From NCBI GenBank assembly GCA_965230905.1, contig OZ246396.1:840001-872000 (forward strand): a stretch of 32,000 nucleotides of DNA, in the 5' to 3' direction. Both the position numbers and the translations under genes were made by a program. This DNA comes from Candidatus Saccharimonadota bacterium (GTDB lineage Bacteria; Patescibacteriota; Gracilibacteria; UBA1369; 2-02-FULL-48-14). The notes under the pieces were generated by a model. It was given only the letters and a program-made list of their open reading frames with translations, was not told the DNA's origin and made no database searches. The stretch's first letter is position 1; the number at the start of each line of letters is the position of its first letter. This document shows positions 13,874-21,864 of the stretch, one piece after another.

Positions 13874-14773
13874 ATGCACGAAGGATATCTAAATAGAGCT
13901 GGTAAGCTGTATGAAGCGGCTGTTGGAGCATGTGGCCCAAGAACAGTGGAGGGTCAAAAACGATATACCGATGGTTTTGAGGCCTACTTAAAAGGATATG
14001 CGGTAGCATTAGCAGAAAGCTCACAAGACGATGGAGGTAATGATCTCGAGAAAATAGATGGACAATTTAAGAGTATATTTGATTGCGCTAAAACAGAAGC
14101 AAAATTCAGTAACCAAGAGTGGGACCGTATAGCATGGGAACCCACAACGAGAATATCAATAGATAGGTGGATAAGGACGGTTATGTCTTTTAATGATGAT
14201 CATAATAATGAGATTGATCAAGAATTTTTTCCGGTAGATTTAATTTTACACTTTCTCAACGATATTAAAGAACGATCCCAACAATCTGGTGGGAGGCTGG
14301 ATCTGGTTGATCAATATAATATTGCCCTAAATTTAACGGGTAATGATTTAATCAGCGCTGCCTTGTTAGCACATGCGGCTTACAGGTCAGTCGGGCGAGT
14401 ATTGGACACAAGAGTGAGCGGTAAATTACGTTTTCCGGTGGAAGCTTCAGACGGAAGGATTTCTATGATAGATATTGCTAAAAGTACGGCGCACTTCAAC
14501 ATGGGCGATGCAATATGTGCCGACCCCCTGGGGGATACTTACCATTTTTGGGCACAGTTTAGTACAGGACTCGTTCTGGAATTATATGGAGATAGACCTA
14601 TTCGAGCTACTCAAGCAAAGGTGGTTAAAGCGATTTTTAGAATCGGGCCAGATTTAATGCGCTTTGGTCGTGAAACTATTAGGGGTCATAAAATGATTGC
14701 CGGCAATCATAAGCAAGTTGACTTATATGGATTACAGTTAGGTTCTGAGATGGGTAGATCAATCTCTCAGTGA
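13874..14773 (+). CDS. Hypothetical protein (299 aa), the cassette nearest the tRNA
   Basis: A clean ORF ending 26 nt from the tRNA 3' end. No family recognised. Confidence 0.6.
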   Translation: MHEGYLNRAGKLYEAAVGACGPRTVEGQKRYTDGFEAYLKGYAVALAESSQDDGGNDLEKIDGQFKSIFDCAKTEAKFSNQEWDRIAWEPTTRISIDRWIRTVMSFNDDHNNEIDQEFFPVDLILHFLNDIKERSQQSGGRLDLVDQYNIALNLTGNDLISAALLAHAAYRSVGRVLDTRVSGKLRFPVEASDGRISMIDIAKSTAHFNMGDAICADPLGDTYHFWAQFSTGLVLELYGDRPIRATQAKVVKAIFRIGPDLMRFGRETIRGHKMIAGNHKQVDLYGLQLGSEMGRSISQ

Positions 14774-14799
14774 ATATTCTAAACTCGCAAAATACTAAA

Positions 14800-14874
14800 T
14801 GGCTCCCCCGGTTGGATTCGAACCAACGACCCAGCGATTAACAGTCGCTTGCTCTACCACTGAGCTACAGGGGA
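14800..14874 (-). tRNA. tRNA-Asn (anticodon GTT)
   Basis: The manual fold of TCCCCTG-TA-GCTC-AGTGGTA-GAGC-A-AGCGA-CTGTTAA-TCGCT-GGGTC-GTTGG-TTCGAAT-CCAAC-CGGGGGA-G-CCA gives a 75-nt cloverleaf with an encoded CCA. Confidence 0.93.
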
Positions 14875-14964
14875 ACGTATTAACACTCAGGTGGTTTGCA
14901 CCACGAAAATGCAGAGGGAGTATAGCGAAAGGCCCAGGGAGCCGCAAATGAATTTTACCTGCCG

Positions 14965-16161
14965 TTAGCCAACGCGGACCTTCCAGATTTCGCGGGCAAC
15001 GTTTTGGTCTTTGCGTTCGTAGAAGAAACTGGGGCGTTCGTGTTCGGAAAGCGGCACGATCGTTGTGTACTTTTTAAGAATGGCTGGCAAGTTGGGGAGG
15101 AAGTGACGGTCGTTTCGTTCTTTATGGAAAGGCGCCGTGAAAACCACGGTGATGGGTTCTTTTGTGATCTTTTTCAGGTTGGCGAAGAATTTCTCGAGGA
15201 GTTCTTCCACGGAGTCTTGGATGAGTTTGAGTTCGTCTGGAGTGGGCATTTTGGTGAGGCGAGGGCCGAGCCAGGTTTCGGTCACAATACAGAAAGGGGG
15301 AGGGGGGCGGTCGCCGGCGGTACATTCGGTGGCGTCGGCTTGCATGGTCATGTAAGGCATTTTTTCTTCACCGAATTCGCGTTGCTCCATGAGCCAGTCG
15401 AGGTTGAGTTTGGTGTCGCGGATCATAGAAAGTTCCAGATCCATTCCCCAAGCGGGGTGGCCCATCAGCACGGCTTCTTGCAGCACGGTTCCGCTTCCAC
15501 AAAATGGGTCCACAATGGTTGCGCCTTGCGCCGGTTGCGCTAGGTTGATGAGGATTTGTGCCAATTTAGGCGGGAACATTCCGTTCTTGGCGTCCTTGGA
15601 AGGGCGGCCGAAGTCGCGTTTGGAGTACCATTCAAAGTCTTGGATCGCGAGGGTGCGGGCCAGGTACCATTTGGTGTCGCTCTTAAATAGATGCAGTTCC
15701 ACCGCGCCGCGTTCGAGCAAATGCTCGTGCCAGGCCTGCACGGAGGACAGATTTTGGAAGTCTTTGTTCACAAAGCGCACGTTTCCGAGTTCTTTCACAG
15801 CTTTTTTAGCGCCAATCAGCAGGGTTTTGATGGTTTTCTCGTTTTTTGGGTGCATGCTCAGGCCGTAACGCATCTTTCCTTTATAGCCTTTGAATTCGCT
15901 TTCGAGCGCCTGGGTGAGCCATTGTTCAAAATTCAGTGGCATGCCGGCGGGTCCAGTCTGTAAAACTTCACAAATACGCACAATTCCACCCATGCCATTC
16001 AGGGCCGCCTTGGCATCTGGCAAAAAGCCTTCCACCACAAATCCGTCTTCCACTTCATCCAAGATTGCGTCCGGGTGGGACATGAGTGCCTCAATTTCGG
16101 CTTTAGCTAGCCCTTTTCCGTGACCGGTTTGGTAGATGTAGTGTTTTAAAATGTTTTTCAT
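14965..16161 (-). CDS. Class I SAM-dependent RNA methyltransferase (UPF0020 / Trm11-like)
   Basis: Motif I is IVDPFCGSGTVLQEAVLMG. The N-terminal YIYQTGHGKGLAKAEIEAL is typical of this family. I prefer the ATG at 16161 over the TTG at 16170. Confidence 0.7.
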   Translation of the reverse strand: MKNILKHYIYQTGHGKGLAKAEIEALMSHPDAILDEVEDGFVVEGFLPDAKAALNGMGGIVRICEVLQTGPAGMPLNFEQWLTQALESEFKGYKGKMRYGLSMHPKNEKTIKTLLIGAKKAVKELGNVRFVNKDFQNLSSVQAWHEHLLERGAVELHLFKSDTKWYLARTLAIQDFEWYSKRDFGRPSKDAKNGMFPPKLAQILINLAQPAQGATIVDPFCGSGTVLQEAVLMGHPAWGMDLELSMIRDTKLNLDWLMEQREFGEEKMPYMTMQADATECTAGDRPPPPFCIVTETWLGPRLTKMPTPDELKLIQDSVEELLEKFFANLKKITKEPITVVFTAPFHKERNDRHFLPNLPAILKKYTTIVPLSEHERPSFFYERKDQNVAREIWKVRVG

Positions 16162-16245
16162 GTGGAGCAAGGGTACAGCAAAACTTTGATTTGTGCACGC
16201 GGTCCGTGCGAGTTACATTGTGCCTACCCCCTTTAACATCAAATT

Positions 16246-16701
16246 ATGGCTTTCTCCCTCAACCGTGCGCAGGTAATTGGCAATGTGACTCGCGACCCTG
16301 AAGTTAAAAATATAGCCAGCGGACAAACGGTGGCTTCGTTCAGCGTAGCGACCAATTCTAGCTGGACCGACAAGATGGGAGCGAAGCAAGAAAAATCTGA
16401 ATTCCACAACATTGTGGCGTGGGGAAAACTCGCGGAAATTTGCCAAGCCTATGTTAAAAAAGGCCGCAAGCTTTATGTAGAAGGACGCATGCAAACTCGA
16501 GATTGGGAAGGGGAGGATGGTGTGAAACGTTACCGCAGCGAAATCGTGGCTGAAAACTTGATCTTGCTCGACCGTAGCGGCGCCCCAGAAGGTGGCGTGA
16601 CCTACGACCGTGAACAAGCTCCTGATGCATTCAAACCTCAAAAACAAGAAGCGGCTGTTGCAGAAGCGGAAGAAGTGACTTTGGATGATTTGCCATTCTA
16701 A
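16246..16701 (+). CDS. ssb: Single-stranded DNA-binding protein
   Basis: LNRAQVIGNVTRDPEVK, the OB-fold core FHNIVAWGKLAEICQAYVKKGRKLYVEGRMQTRDW and an acidic tail ending DDLPF. Confidence 0.93.
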   Translation: MAFSLNRAQVIGNVTRDPEVKNIASGQTVASFSVATNSSWTDKMGAKQEKSEFHNIVAWGKLAEICQAYVKKGRKLYVEGRMQTRDWEGEDGVKRYRSEIVAENLILLDRSGAPEGGVTYDREQAPDAFKPQKQEAAVAEAEEVTLDDLPF

Positions 16702-17409
16702 ATGATAGCTATGGACGTGCCCGACAATAGTCTTAGTCAGGTTGATCTGAATGATGTTCCACGAGATGTGTTGATTAAACTTACCGAGAATGTTCTTCAA
16801 GATGGTAGTCCGGTTTGCTTACCTGGAGATTATTTGATCGTACGTCATCCGGATACTCTGTCCTTTGAGTTGAAAGCTTTTCGAGACGCGGTGCGTCAGA
16901 TGGATCCAAATGTAGCCTATGCACTTTTAGGAACTCGTGGAGATATTTTTACGATATTTACTTTTGCCGATGATATCCACGATGGTAAGGGAGTCTCTTT
17001 TGTTGGAGCTAAGCCCGGTCGTGTGAAGCCTGGATCTAAGGAAAATATTAAACTCAGTCCTATTACCGGTGAAAAAGTTCCTGTTTCTACTCAGCGAGTA
17101 AGTCAACTTCCCAAAAACCGACCTCTTTTCTTGGCGGCTGATTACCATAGAGTTTCTTCTGAAGGAGGCTTGAGTTTGCACAAACTGCCTGAGGGTTCAA
17201 AACCAGGCACGACTAATCCCCTCCTATCAATGATTTATGTCTGCAAAGGTACTCAGGTCGAACTCGTTGAAGAAGGAGGCAAAGTACGTTTTGTAACGGG
17301 TGGAAATGCGAATGAAGAAAGAAGGCTTATCCTGGAGGATTCTCAATTGGAGGTCTTTGTTCCTGAGGAACAGGTTAAGTACCAGAGAGGTTTAGGGCTT
17401 GAAGCGTAA
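16702..17409 (+). CDS. Hypothetical protein (235 aa)
   Basis: The ATG directly abuts the ssb stop codon (TAAATG). No family recognised. Confidence 0.55.
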   Translation: MIAMDVPDNSLSQVDLNDVPRDVLIKLTENVLQDGSPVCLPGDYLIVRHPDTLSFELKAFRDAVRQMDPNVAYALLGTRGDIFTIFTFADDIHDGKGVSFVGAKPGRVKPGSKENIKLSPITGEKVPVSTQRVSQLPKNRPLFLAADYHRVSSEGGLSLHKLPEGSKPGTTNPLLSMIYVCKGTQVELVEEGGKVRFVTGGNANEERRLILEDSQLEVFVPEEQVKYQRGLGLEA

Positions 17410-17815
17410 ATCAAAAGCGCGGATCAAGGGACACGTGTTGCACTAATGGCTAACAGAGGTGTGAACCGCGCTCTTGCATAATTGGATTAAGGACTTCTAG
17501 TGCTCCGTCGAATGGTGTTTTAGACGATTCGGGGAGAGGAGTCTTTCTGCCAATTCCTCATATACTCCGTACTTTTATTTTTGTTTTTGATTCTTATGAG
17601 CTCTGGCGTGAGCTAAACCCTTCCGAAGAAGTGTTTTGTCCCAAAGAATTTAAATTTTAGTTGGAGCAGAGAGGGACGGCGGTTGATCCATCGCATAGTC
17701 TAAGGCGGGATCAGCGGCCATCTCTTTCAACTCCGGCATTTCAAAGAACAAATCTAGTTAGTATAGCACAAAAGCGGCTTGAATGAAAGGGGGCTAAGCC
17801 TCTACACTACGAGTC

Positions 17816-18397
17816 ATGGAAGCACTTTTAGGACATCTCTACCTCATCCTCGGTCCGTCTGGCTCCGGTAAAGGAACCGTGCTCAAGGCGCTGCGGGCGA
17901 ACCACCCGGAGTTTGTGTTCCCTATTTCTTGCACCACGCGCGAGCCGCGGCCTGGCGAAAAAAGCGGCGAAGTTTACTATTTTGTGAGCAAAGATGAGTT
18001 CAAGCAACGCATGGCCGCTGACGACTTTTTGGAATGGGCGGTGGTGCACGGCGAAAATTATTACGGCACGCTCAAGGAAGAAATTTTGAAGCCGCTGCGT
18101 GAAGGCAAAACCGTGATTCGTGAGGTGGATGTGCAGGGCCTGCGCTCGATTCGTGAGCTGATTCCCAAGGAACATTTGTGCTCCATTTTTTTGACCGTGG
18201 ACGGCTGGGAAACTTTGCGTCGCCGCATTTTGCACCGCAGTGAATTGCCTGAGGAAGAACTGGAACGCCGCCGCGAGAGTTTTCTTCATGAAATGGAATG
18301 GGCCAAGGAGTGTGATCGCACTATTGTGAGCGTGGAAGGGGAGATCACTAAGCTGATTGCCGATACTGAAGAGGCTATTGCAAGCCGCTGTGCATGA
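17816..18397 (+). CDS. gmk: Guanylate kinase
   Basis: P-loop GPSGSGKGT, together with ISCTTREPRPGEKSGEVYYFVSKDEF and REVDVQG. Confidence 0.92.
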   Translation: MEALLGHLYLILGPSGSGKGTVLKALRANHPEFVFPISCTTREPRPGEKSGEVYYFVSKDEFKQRMAADDFLEWAVVHGENYYGTLKEEILKPLREGKTVIREVDVQGLRSIRELIPKEHLCSIFLTVDGWETLRRRILHRSELPEEELERRRESFLHEMEWAKECDRTIVSVEGEITKLIADTEEAIASRCA

Positions 18398-18412
18398 TTT
18401 CTTAGTTCGCAT

Positions 18413-18440
18413 CGCCTCTTGCAGAAGCGTTGAGCTTTTT
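18413..18440 (+). terminator. Possible intrinsic terminator after gmk
   Basis: An imperfect hairpin cgcctct-tgc-agaagcg (one mismatch) is followed by ttgagcttttt. Confidence 0.35.
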
Positions 18441-18456
18441 GTATGCTTCCCGACGT

Positions 18457-18530
18457 TGGGGATTAGCCAAGTGGTAAGGCAGCGGGTTCTGGTCCCGCCA
18501 TCGGGGGTTCGAATCCCTCATCCCCAGCCA
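18457..18530 (+). tRNA. tRNA-Gln (anticodon CTG)
   Basis: In the manual fold the acceptor TGGGGAT pairs with ATCCCCA, the anticodon arm is GCGGG-TTCTGGT-CCCGC, the T-loop is TTCGAAT and the end is G-CCA. Length 74 nt. Confidence 0.92.
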
Positions 18531-18719
18531 TGAGTTGCATGACAAAGCCTTGTGACCCGCAAGGCTAGCTTGCACGTGCATGCGGAGATCTGGTTGGATT
18601 TACTCCTTATGTGGTCTTTGGGAAGCGTCCCTATTACTAGACCCGAGAAGGTAGCTTGGAGTGGCATGATTGGAATTCTTACTTTATCTGTTAAGATCAC
18701 TTTGTTTTAAAAAAATTGT

Positions 18720-19637
18720 ATGGATCTGGAGTTCATAATAAAGAAAAAAATTCGCCTTAATCTTCAGTTGGGTGCTGACCTTTTTGGCCTAGCCAACTTT
18801 ATTCCACATCCCGATGGTTCGGTTTTCATAAATTGCCCAGACCTCTTTTTCCCTGCTTCAAGGTATCTCTTTGGTGTTGTGGTTATGCCCCCTGGTGTAC
18901 AGCGATTGGGAGAGTATAGGCTTACTGAGGAGAATGGCTTCGTTCACACACACCAGCTCCCGAAGTTAACCTTACATCCAGATGGCTATATTCATGCCTC
19001 ACTTTCTTCCCCTCAAGACATAGATAAAACTCGCCGAATCCATATCGGGTCACGCTTAGGAGAGCTGAGTGGAAAGACAATCGCCACTTTGGATTGGAAA
19101 AACCTAAAAGATTTTTTGCCAAATCCACGTAGGCGCGCTGGTTATCACTTTATAAATATGAATGTGGAGAGTAAGCCACCTGATCGTCTCATGGCTTTTT
19201 TAAAAACTTCTTACGACCTAAAGGATCTCCTACCTGACCTTGAGTATGAGATCAACGGTGTAAGAGAGGCAGTTGAGTTACCACTTCCTACGAACCTAGA
19301 AAAAGAGTTAAAAGATGGAGAATTCGTTGTCTTTAACAGTGCAATAAGAAATTTCTTGAAAGTAAGGATGATAGATGAAGCAACGGGCAATATTATCCCT
19401 AGCACCAATCATCTTTTCACGTTCATCTTTGGCATCAGAGATAAAAAGGCTAACAAGATACTGTGGTATTTAATGAACCTTATTCACCCAGCAGATGTGC
19501 CTAGACCAGCTGATAGTACTTCAGGTTTTACTTTTATGGGTGCGATGAAAAACTGGGAAGAAGATCGTCTACGTGAGACTGGAGAACGCTTGATGGTTAT
19601 TGGTGACTCTTTTCAACCGCCTTCTGAAGTAACGTAA
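18720..19637 (+). CDS. Hypothetical protein (305 aa)
   Basis: ORF only. Its 3' end overlaps the convergent recombinase gene by 41 nt. Confidence 0.55.
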   Translation: MDLEFIIKKKIRLNLQLGADLFGLANFIPHPDGSVFINCPDLFFPASRYLFGVVVMPPGVQRLGEYRLTEENGFVHTHQLPKLTLHPDGYIHASLSSPQDIDKTRRIHIGSRLGELSGKTIATLDWKNLKDFLPNPRRRAGYHFINMNVESKPPDRLMAFLKTSYDLKDLLPDLEYEINGVREAVELPLPTNLEKELKDGEFVVFNSAIRNFLKVRMIDEATGNIIPSTNHLFTFIFGIRDKKANKILWYLMNLIHPADVPRPADSTSGFTFMGAMKNWEEDRLRETGERLMVIGDSFQPPSEVT

Positions 19638-20889
19638 CTTCTCCACTCTTCAAATACAGTTGTCCTTCCAGGCATTGAAGAAAGTTTCTTTTCTCCAGTG
19701 AAGTGCCGTGCTTTAGGATATAGCCGATGTAGGTTTCGTTATTGATCTCACTGGCTTTGTCTCCGAGCGTCATTGTTTGCATTTCGTTGAATTTTTGAAC
19801 CTCTCGAGTGATTTTCTTATGAATTTGTAGATCCTTGTCCTTAAATTGCTCCACCATCTTGGCTATCGACTCGATCAGTTTTTCTTCTCGAATATATTTT
19901 TCATGGCAGGTCTTTGTGCCACCGAACTTTGTACATTTGTAGTAGAGGTAGCGTTTATTGAAACGGTTGAATCTTTCTTCCCCACAAACACCAGAGCCAC
20001 AGGTTCCGCATTTAAAGAGTCTGCTGAAGTAAAAATCCTTGCTGCCCCATTTGGATTTTTCGTAGGTCTTTATCATCTGATTGGCCAGTTGCCACTGTTC
20101 CTTTGTTACAATGGGTTCATGATTTCCCTTGTACCAATTTCCGCTTTTTACTGGGTATTCAAATTCGCCATAGTAGAAGGGATCCTTGAAAATTCTATAG
20201 GTCATGCTCAGAGCAACTTTCTTTCCGCTTCTGGTACGAAAGCCCTCGTCACTCAAATAGTCATTCACCTGCCTCCCGCTCAAGCCAGATTCAGTAACAT
20301 ACTCAAACATTTTCCTTATGAAAGGCACTCTTTCTGAATCCAGCATGATTTTGCTTCCGGCTGAGTAGTTTTCCGGATCCCTGTAAAGTTTGTATCCGAG
20401 GGGTGGAAGCCCGGGCTTTTTACCGTGTTCGCATTTTGATCGAAGTCCTCGTTTTACGTTCGTTCCTCGATTGTCGTTCTCAAGTTTGGCCTGGCTACAA
20501 AGGATCATTAGGAGGAACTTTTCATTAGGATTGTTTGTGAATGTTTGACCGTAGGTTCTGATATGCAAAAGCTTCTTTGAGTCCATTAAATCCACGAGTG
20601 TACCTAAGTCTCCAGCGTTACGGCTGAGACGGTCTGGTGCCCACGTTAGGATCGCGTTAAACAGACCTTGGTCTATATCTTGAAGTAAACGATTGTATTC
20701 GGGTCTACCTCCTACAGCTTTGGCACTTTTGCTCTCCTGGCGCATCTCCACTATGTTGAGGTTTTCCTGTTTAGCAATTTTGAGCATCTCTGTGATTTGA
20801 GAGTCGATGCTCATGGCCTGTCTTTCGTCCGATTCTGAGGATTTACGTGCGTAAAGGCAGTATTTTAGGTCGATCGTGGCTTCTGTCAT
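19597..20889 (-). CDS. Large serine recombinase (resolvase domain, recombinase domain and zinc ribbon)
   Basis: The N-terminal YARKSSESDERQAMSIDSQ carries the catalytic Ser context, with DRLSRN nearby. The C-terminal CGTCGSGVCGEE..YYKC provides the Cys cluster. Confidence 0.88.
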   Translation of the reverse strand: MTEATIDLKYCLYARKSSESDERQAMSIDSQITEMLKIAKQENLNIVEMRQESKSAKAVGGRPEYNRLLQDIDQGLFNAILTWAPDRLSRNAGDLGTLVDLMDSKKLLHIRTYGQTFTNNPNEKFLLMILCSQAKLENDNRGTNVKRGLRSKCEHGKKPGLPPLGYKLYRDPENYSAGSKIMLDSERVPFIRKMFEYVTESGLSGRQVNDYLSDEGFRTRSGKKVALSMTYRIFKDPFYYGEFEYPVKSGNWYKGNHEPIVTKEQWQLANQMIKTYEKSKWGSKDFYFSRLFKCGTCGSGVCGEERFNRFNKRYLYYKCTKFGGTKTCHEKYIREEKLIESIAKMVEQFKDKDLQIHKKITREVQKFNEMQTMTLGDKASEINNETYIGYILKHGTSLEKRNFLQCLEGQLYLKSGEVTLLQKAVEKSHQ

Positions 20890-20947
20890 ATCTTATGGGT
20901 TAAGGTCTACCCACATAGATGACAGAACGATCCGACAAGTCTAGAGG

Positions 20948-21862
20948 CTAATAAACAATTTTATGCTGATCTGGACCGACATGCTCAAGTCGCCCCTTTT
21001 CTCCCACTAGGTTTTTATCAAGGATTTCACAGCAATCTTTAAGGCTCAAATTTCTTCCTTCACCAAAATATTTATAAAAGTTGCTTCCGTGATGTTTGTT
21101 GCCGGTAAATCCTCTCTGTGGATTCACTACTTTCTCATTAATTGAAATACTATTTTCTTGATTCAAAAAACTAATTATTTTTTTGTAGACTTCTTCTTTT
21201 AAACCTTGAGGAATGTCTGGAAATTCGCCGTGAGACATCTTGTGTCTCAGTCCACTTGGCCCCCAGCATTGATTATACAATTTATTTCCCAGTATTTTTT
21301 TCAGCAATTCTGGATCTACACCGTCAATTTGCTTCTCATGCTTACATTCCTCACATTTAATGGTTCTCTTGCCCTGTGCAAGATTTTCTAAAGCACTGAA
21401 AAGCATATAAAGACTGGTATGTAAGGTACTGGCATTGGTCGAATCCACCATAAAGTCGTAAAATCCATTGCCTATACCTGACTGATACAAAGCTTCTAAG
21501 CATTCAATTTCGTTTTTTCCAAAATGTAGGCCAACTCCTTCTACGTCTTTAGTGTGATTTATAAATACGATTTTCTCCTTATAATTTAGATTCAGGACAA
21601 AGAAAGGCTCTAAAACAAACTCCAATGCACACTGGCTTATAAAAGCAATCTTGGGAAGTATTGTTCTAAGCTCTCCACGGAAAGTATTCGCAGCTTCATG
21701 CCATGATTTTGCTTCCACCTCTTTACTAGCAAGCCAGTAGTCTGTCAGCCATCCATCACGCAGATTAAATTCATAATGTTCGAAATGGATGCCCTCAAAG
21801 TCAAATGGCGTTTCGCATGTGGCCATCGTCTTGATCCTATGTTTAATCAGGTATTTAGTCAT
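20948..21862 (-). CDS. Hypothetical protein (304 aa) with an Rx4H HEPN-type motif
   Basis: GLRHKMSHGEF contains R-HKMS-H. It is preceded by a helical stretch (TSLYMLFSALENLAQ) and a CEEC pair. The ATG lies 2 nt after the stop codon of the upstream gene. Confidence 0.6.
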   Translation of the reverse strand: MTKYLIKHRIKTMATCETPFDFEGIHFEHYEFNLRDGWLTDYWLASKEVEAKSWHEAANTFRGELRTILPKIAFISQCALEFVLEPFFVLNLNYKEKIVFINHTKDVEGVGLHFGKNEIECLEALYQSGIGNGFYDFMVDSTNASTLHTSLYMLFSALENLAQGKRTIKCEECKHEKQIDGVDPELLKKILGNKLYNQCWGPSGLRHKMSHGEFPDIPQGLKEEVYKKIISFLNQENSISINEKVVNPQRGFTGNKHHGSNFYKYFGEGRNLSLKDCCEILDKNLVGEKGRLEHVGPDQHKIVY

Positions 21863-21864
21863 AA

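Larger units (their letters stand above)
2704..14799. mobile_element. Composite genomic island anchored at the 3' end of tRNA-Asn and subdivided by seven tRNA-3'-end-like repeats
   Basis: The island is bounded by the functional tRNA (14800-14874) and the most distal partial copy (2704-2735). Composition is more AT-rich than the flanks. The cargo is dominated by toxin-antitoxin genes, unknown genes and decayed genes. I recognised no recombinase inside it. Confidence 0.65.

Noticed and set aside
13803-14024. 73-aa minus-strand ORF overlapping the start of the 13874 gene
   Set aside because: It overlaps a longer and cleaner plus-strand ORF. The RelE-like similarity lies in a different minus frame (13658-13837).
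2704-14799. Reading the array as a classical integron or CALIN
   Set aside because: No intI gene is present and the repeats clearly derive from the tRNA-Asn 3' end. I could not find the attC R-box consensus (GTTRRRY / RYYYAAC) at the repeat ends. Cassette genes point both ways and carry their own promoters. I keep this only as an analogy and a test, not as a call.
15004-15963. Several plus-strand ORFs (15004..15543, 15389..15868 and 15691..15963) within the methyltransferase gene
   Set aside because: They overlap a well-supported minus-strand gene. They are Gly/Arg/Phe-rich shadow frames of the GC-richer core region.
16213-16800. 195-aa minus-strand ORF across ssb
   Set aside because: It is antisense to an unmistakable ssb gene and its product has no recognisable features.
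17410-17815. The 400-bp intergenic region upstream of gmk as an ncRNA gene (RNase P, SRP, tmRNA or 6S)
   Set aside because: I looked for GAGGAAAGTCC-type P4, SRP GGAA/AGCA and tRNA-like end signatures on both strands and saw none. Only a long-range 7-bp pairing (agcgcgg/ccgcgct near 17416-17472) and small hairpins are present. A 29-codon minus-strand ORF (MPELKEMAADPALDY..) is too short to support a call. The region is left unannotated, and a covariance-model scan (Rfam) would settle it.
17828-18412. 194-aa minus-strand ORF across gmk
   Set aside because: It is antisense to an unmistakable guanylate kinase gene and is a shadow ORF.
19846-20337. 163-aa plus-strand ORF inside the serine recombinase gene
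   Set aside because: It is antisense to a gene with clear catalytic and zinc-ribbon motifs.
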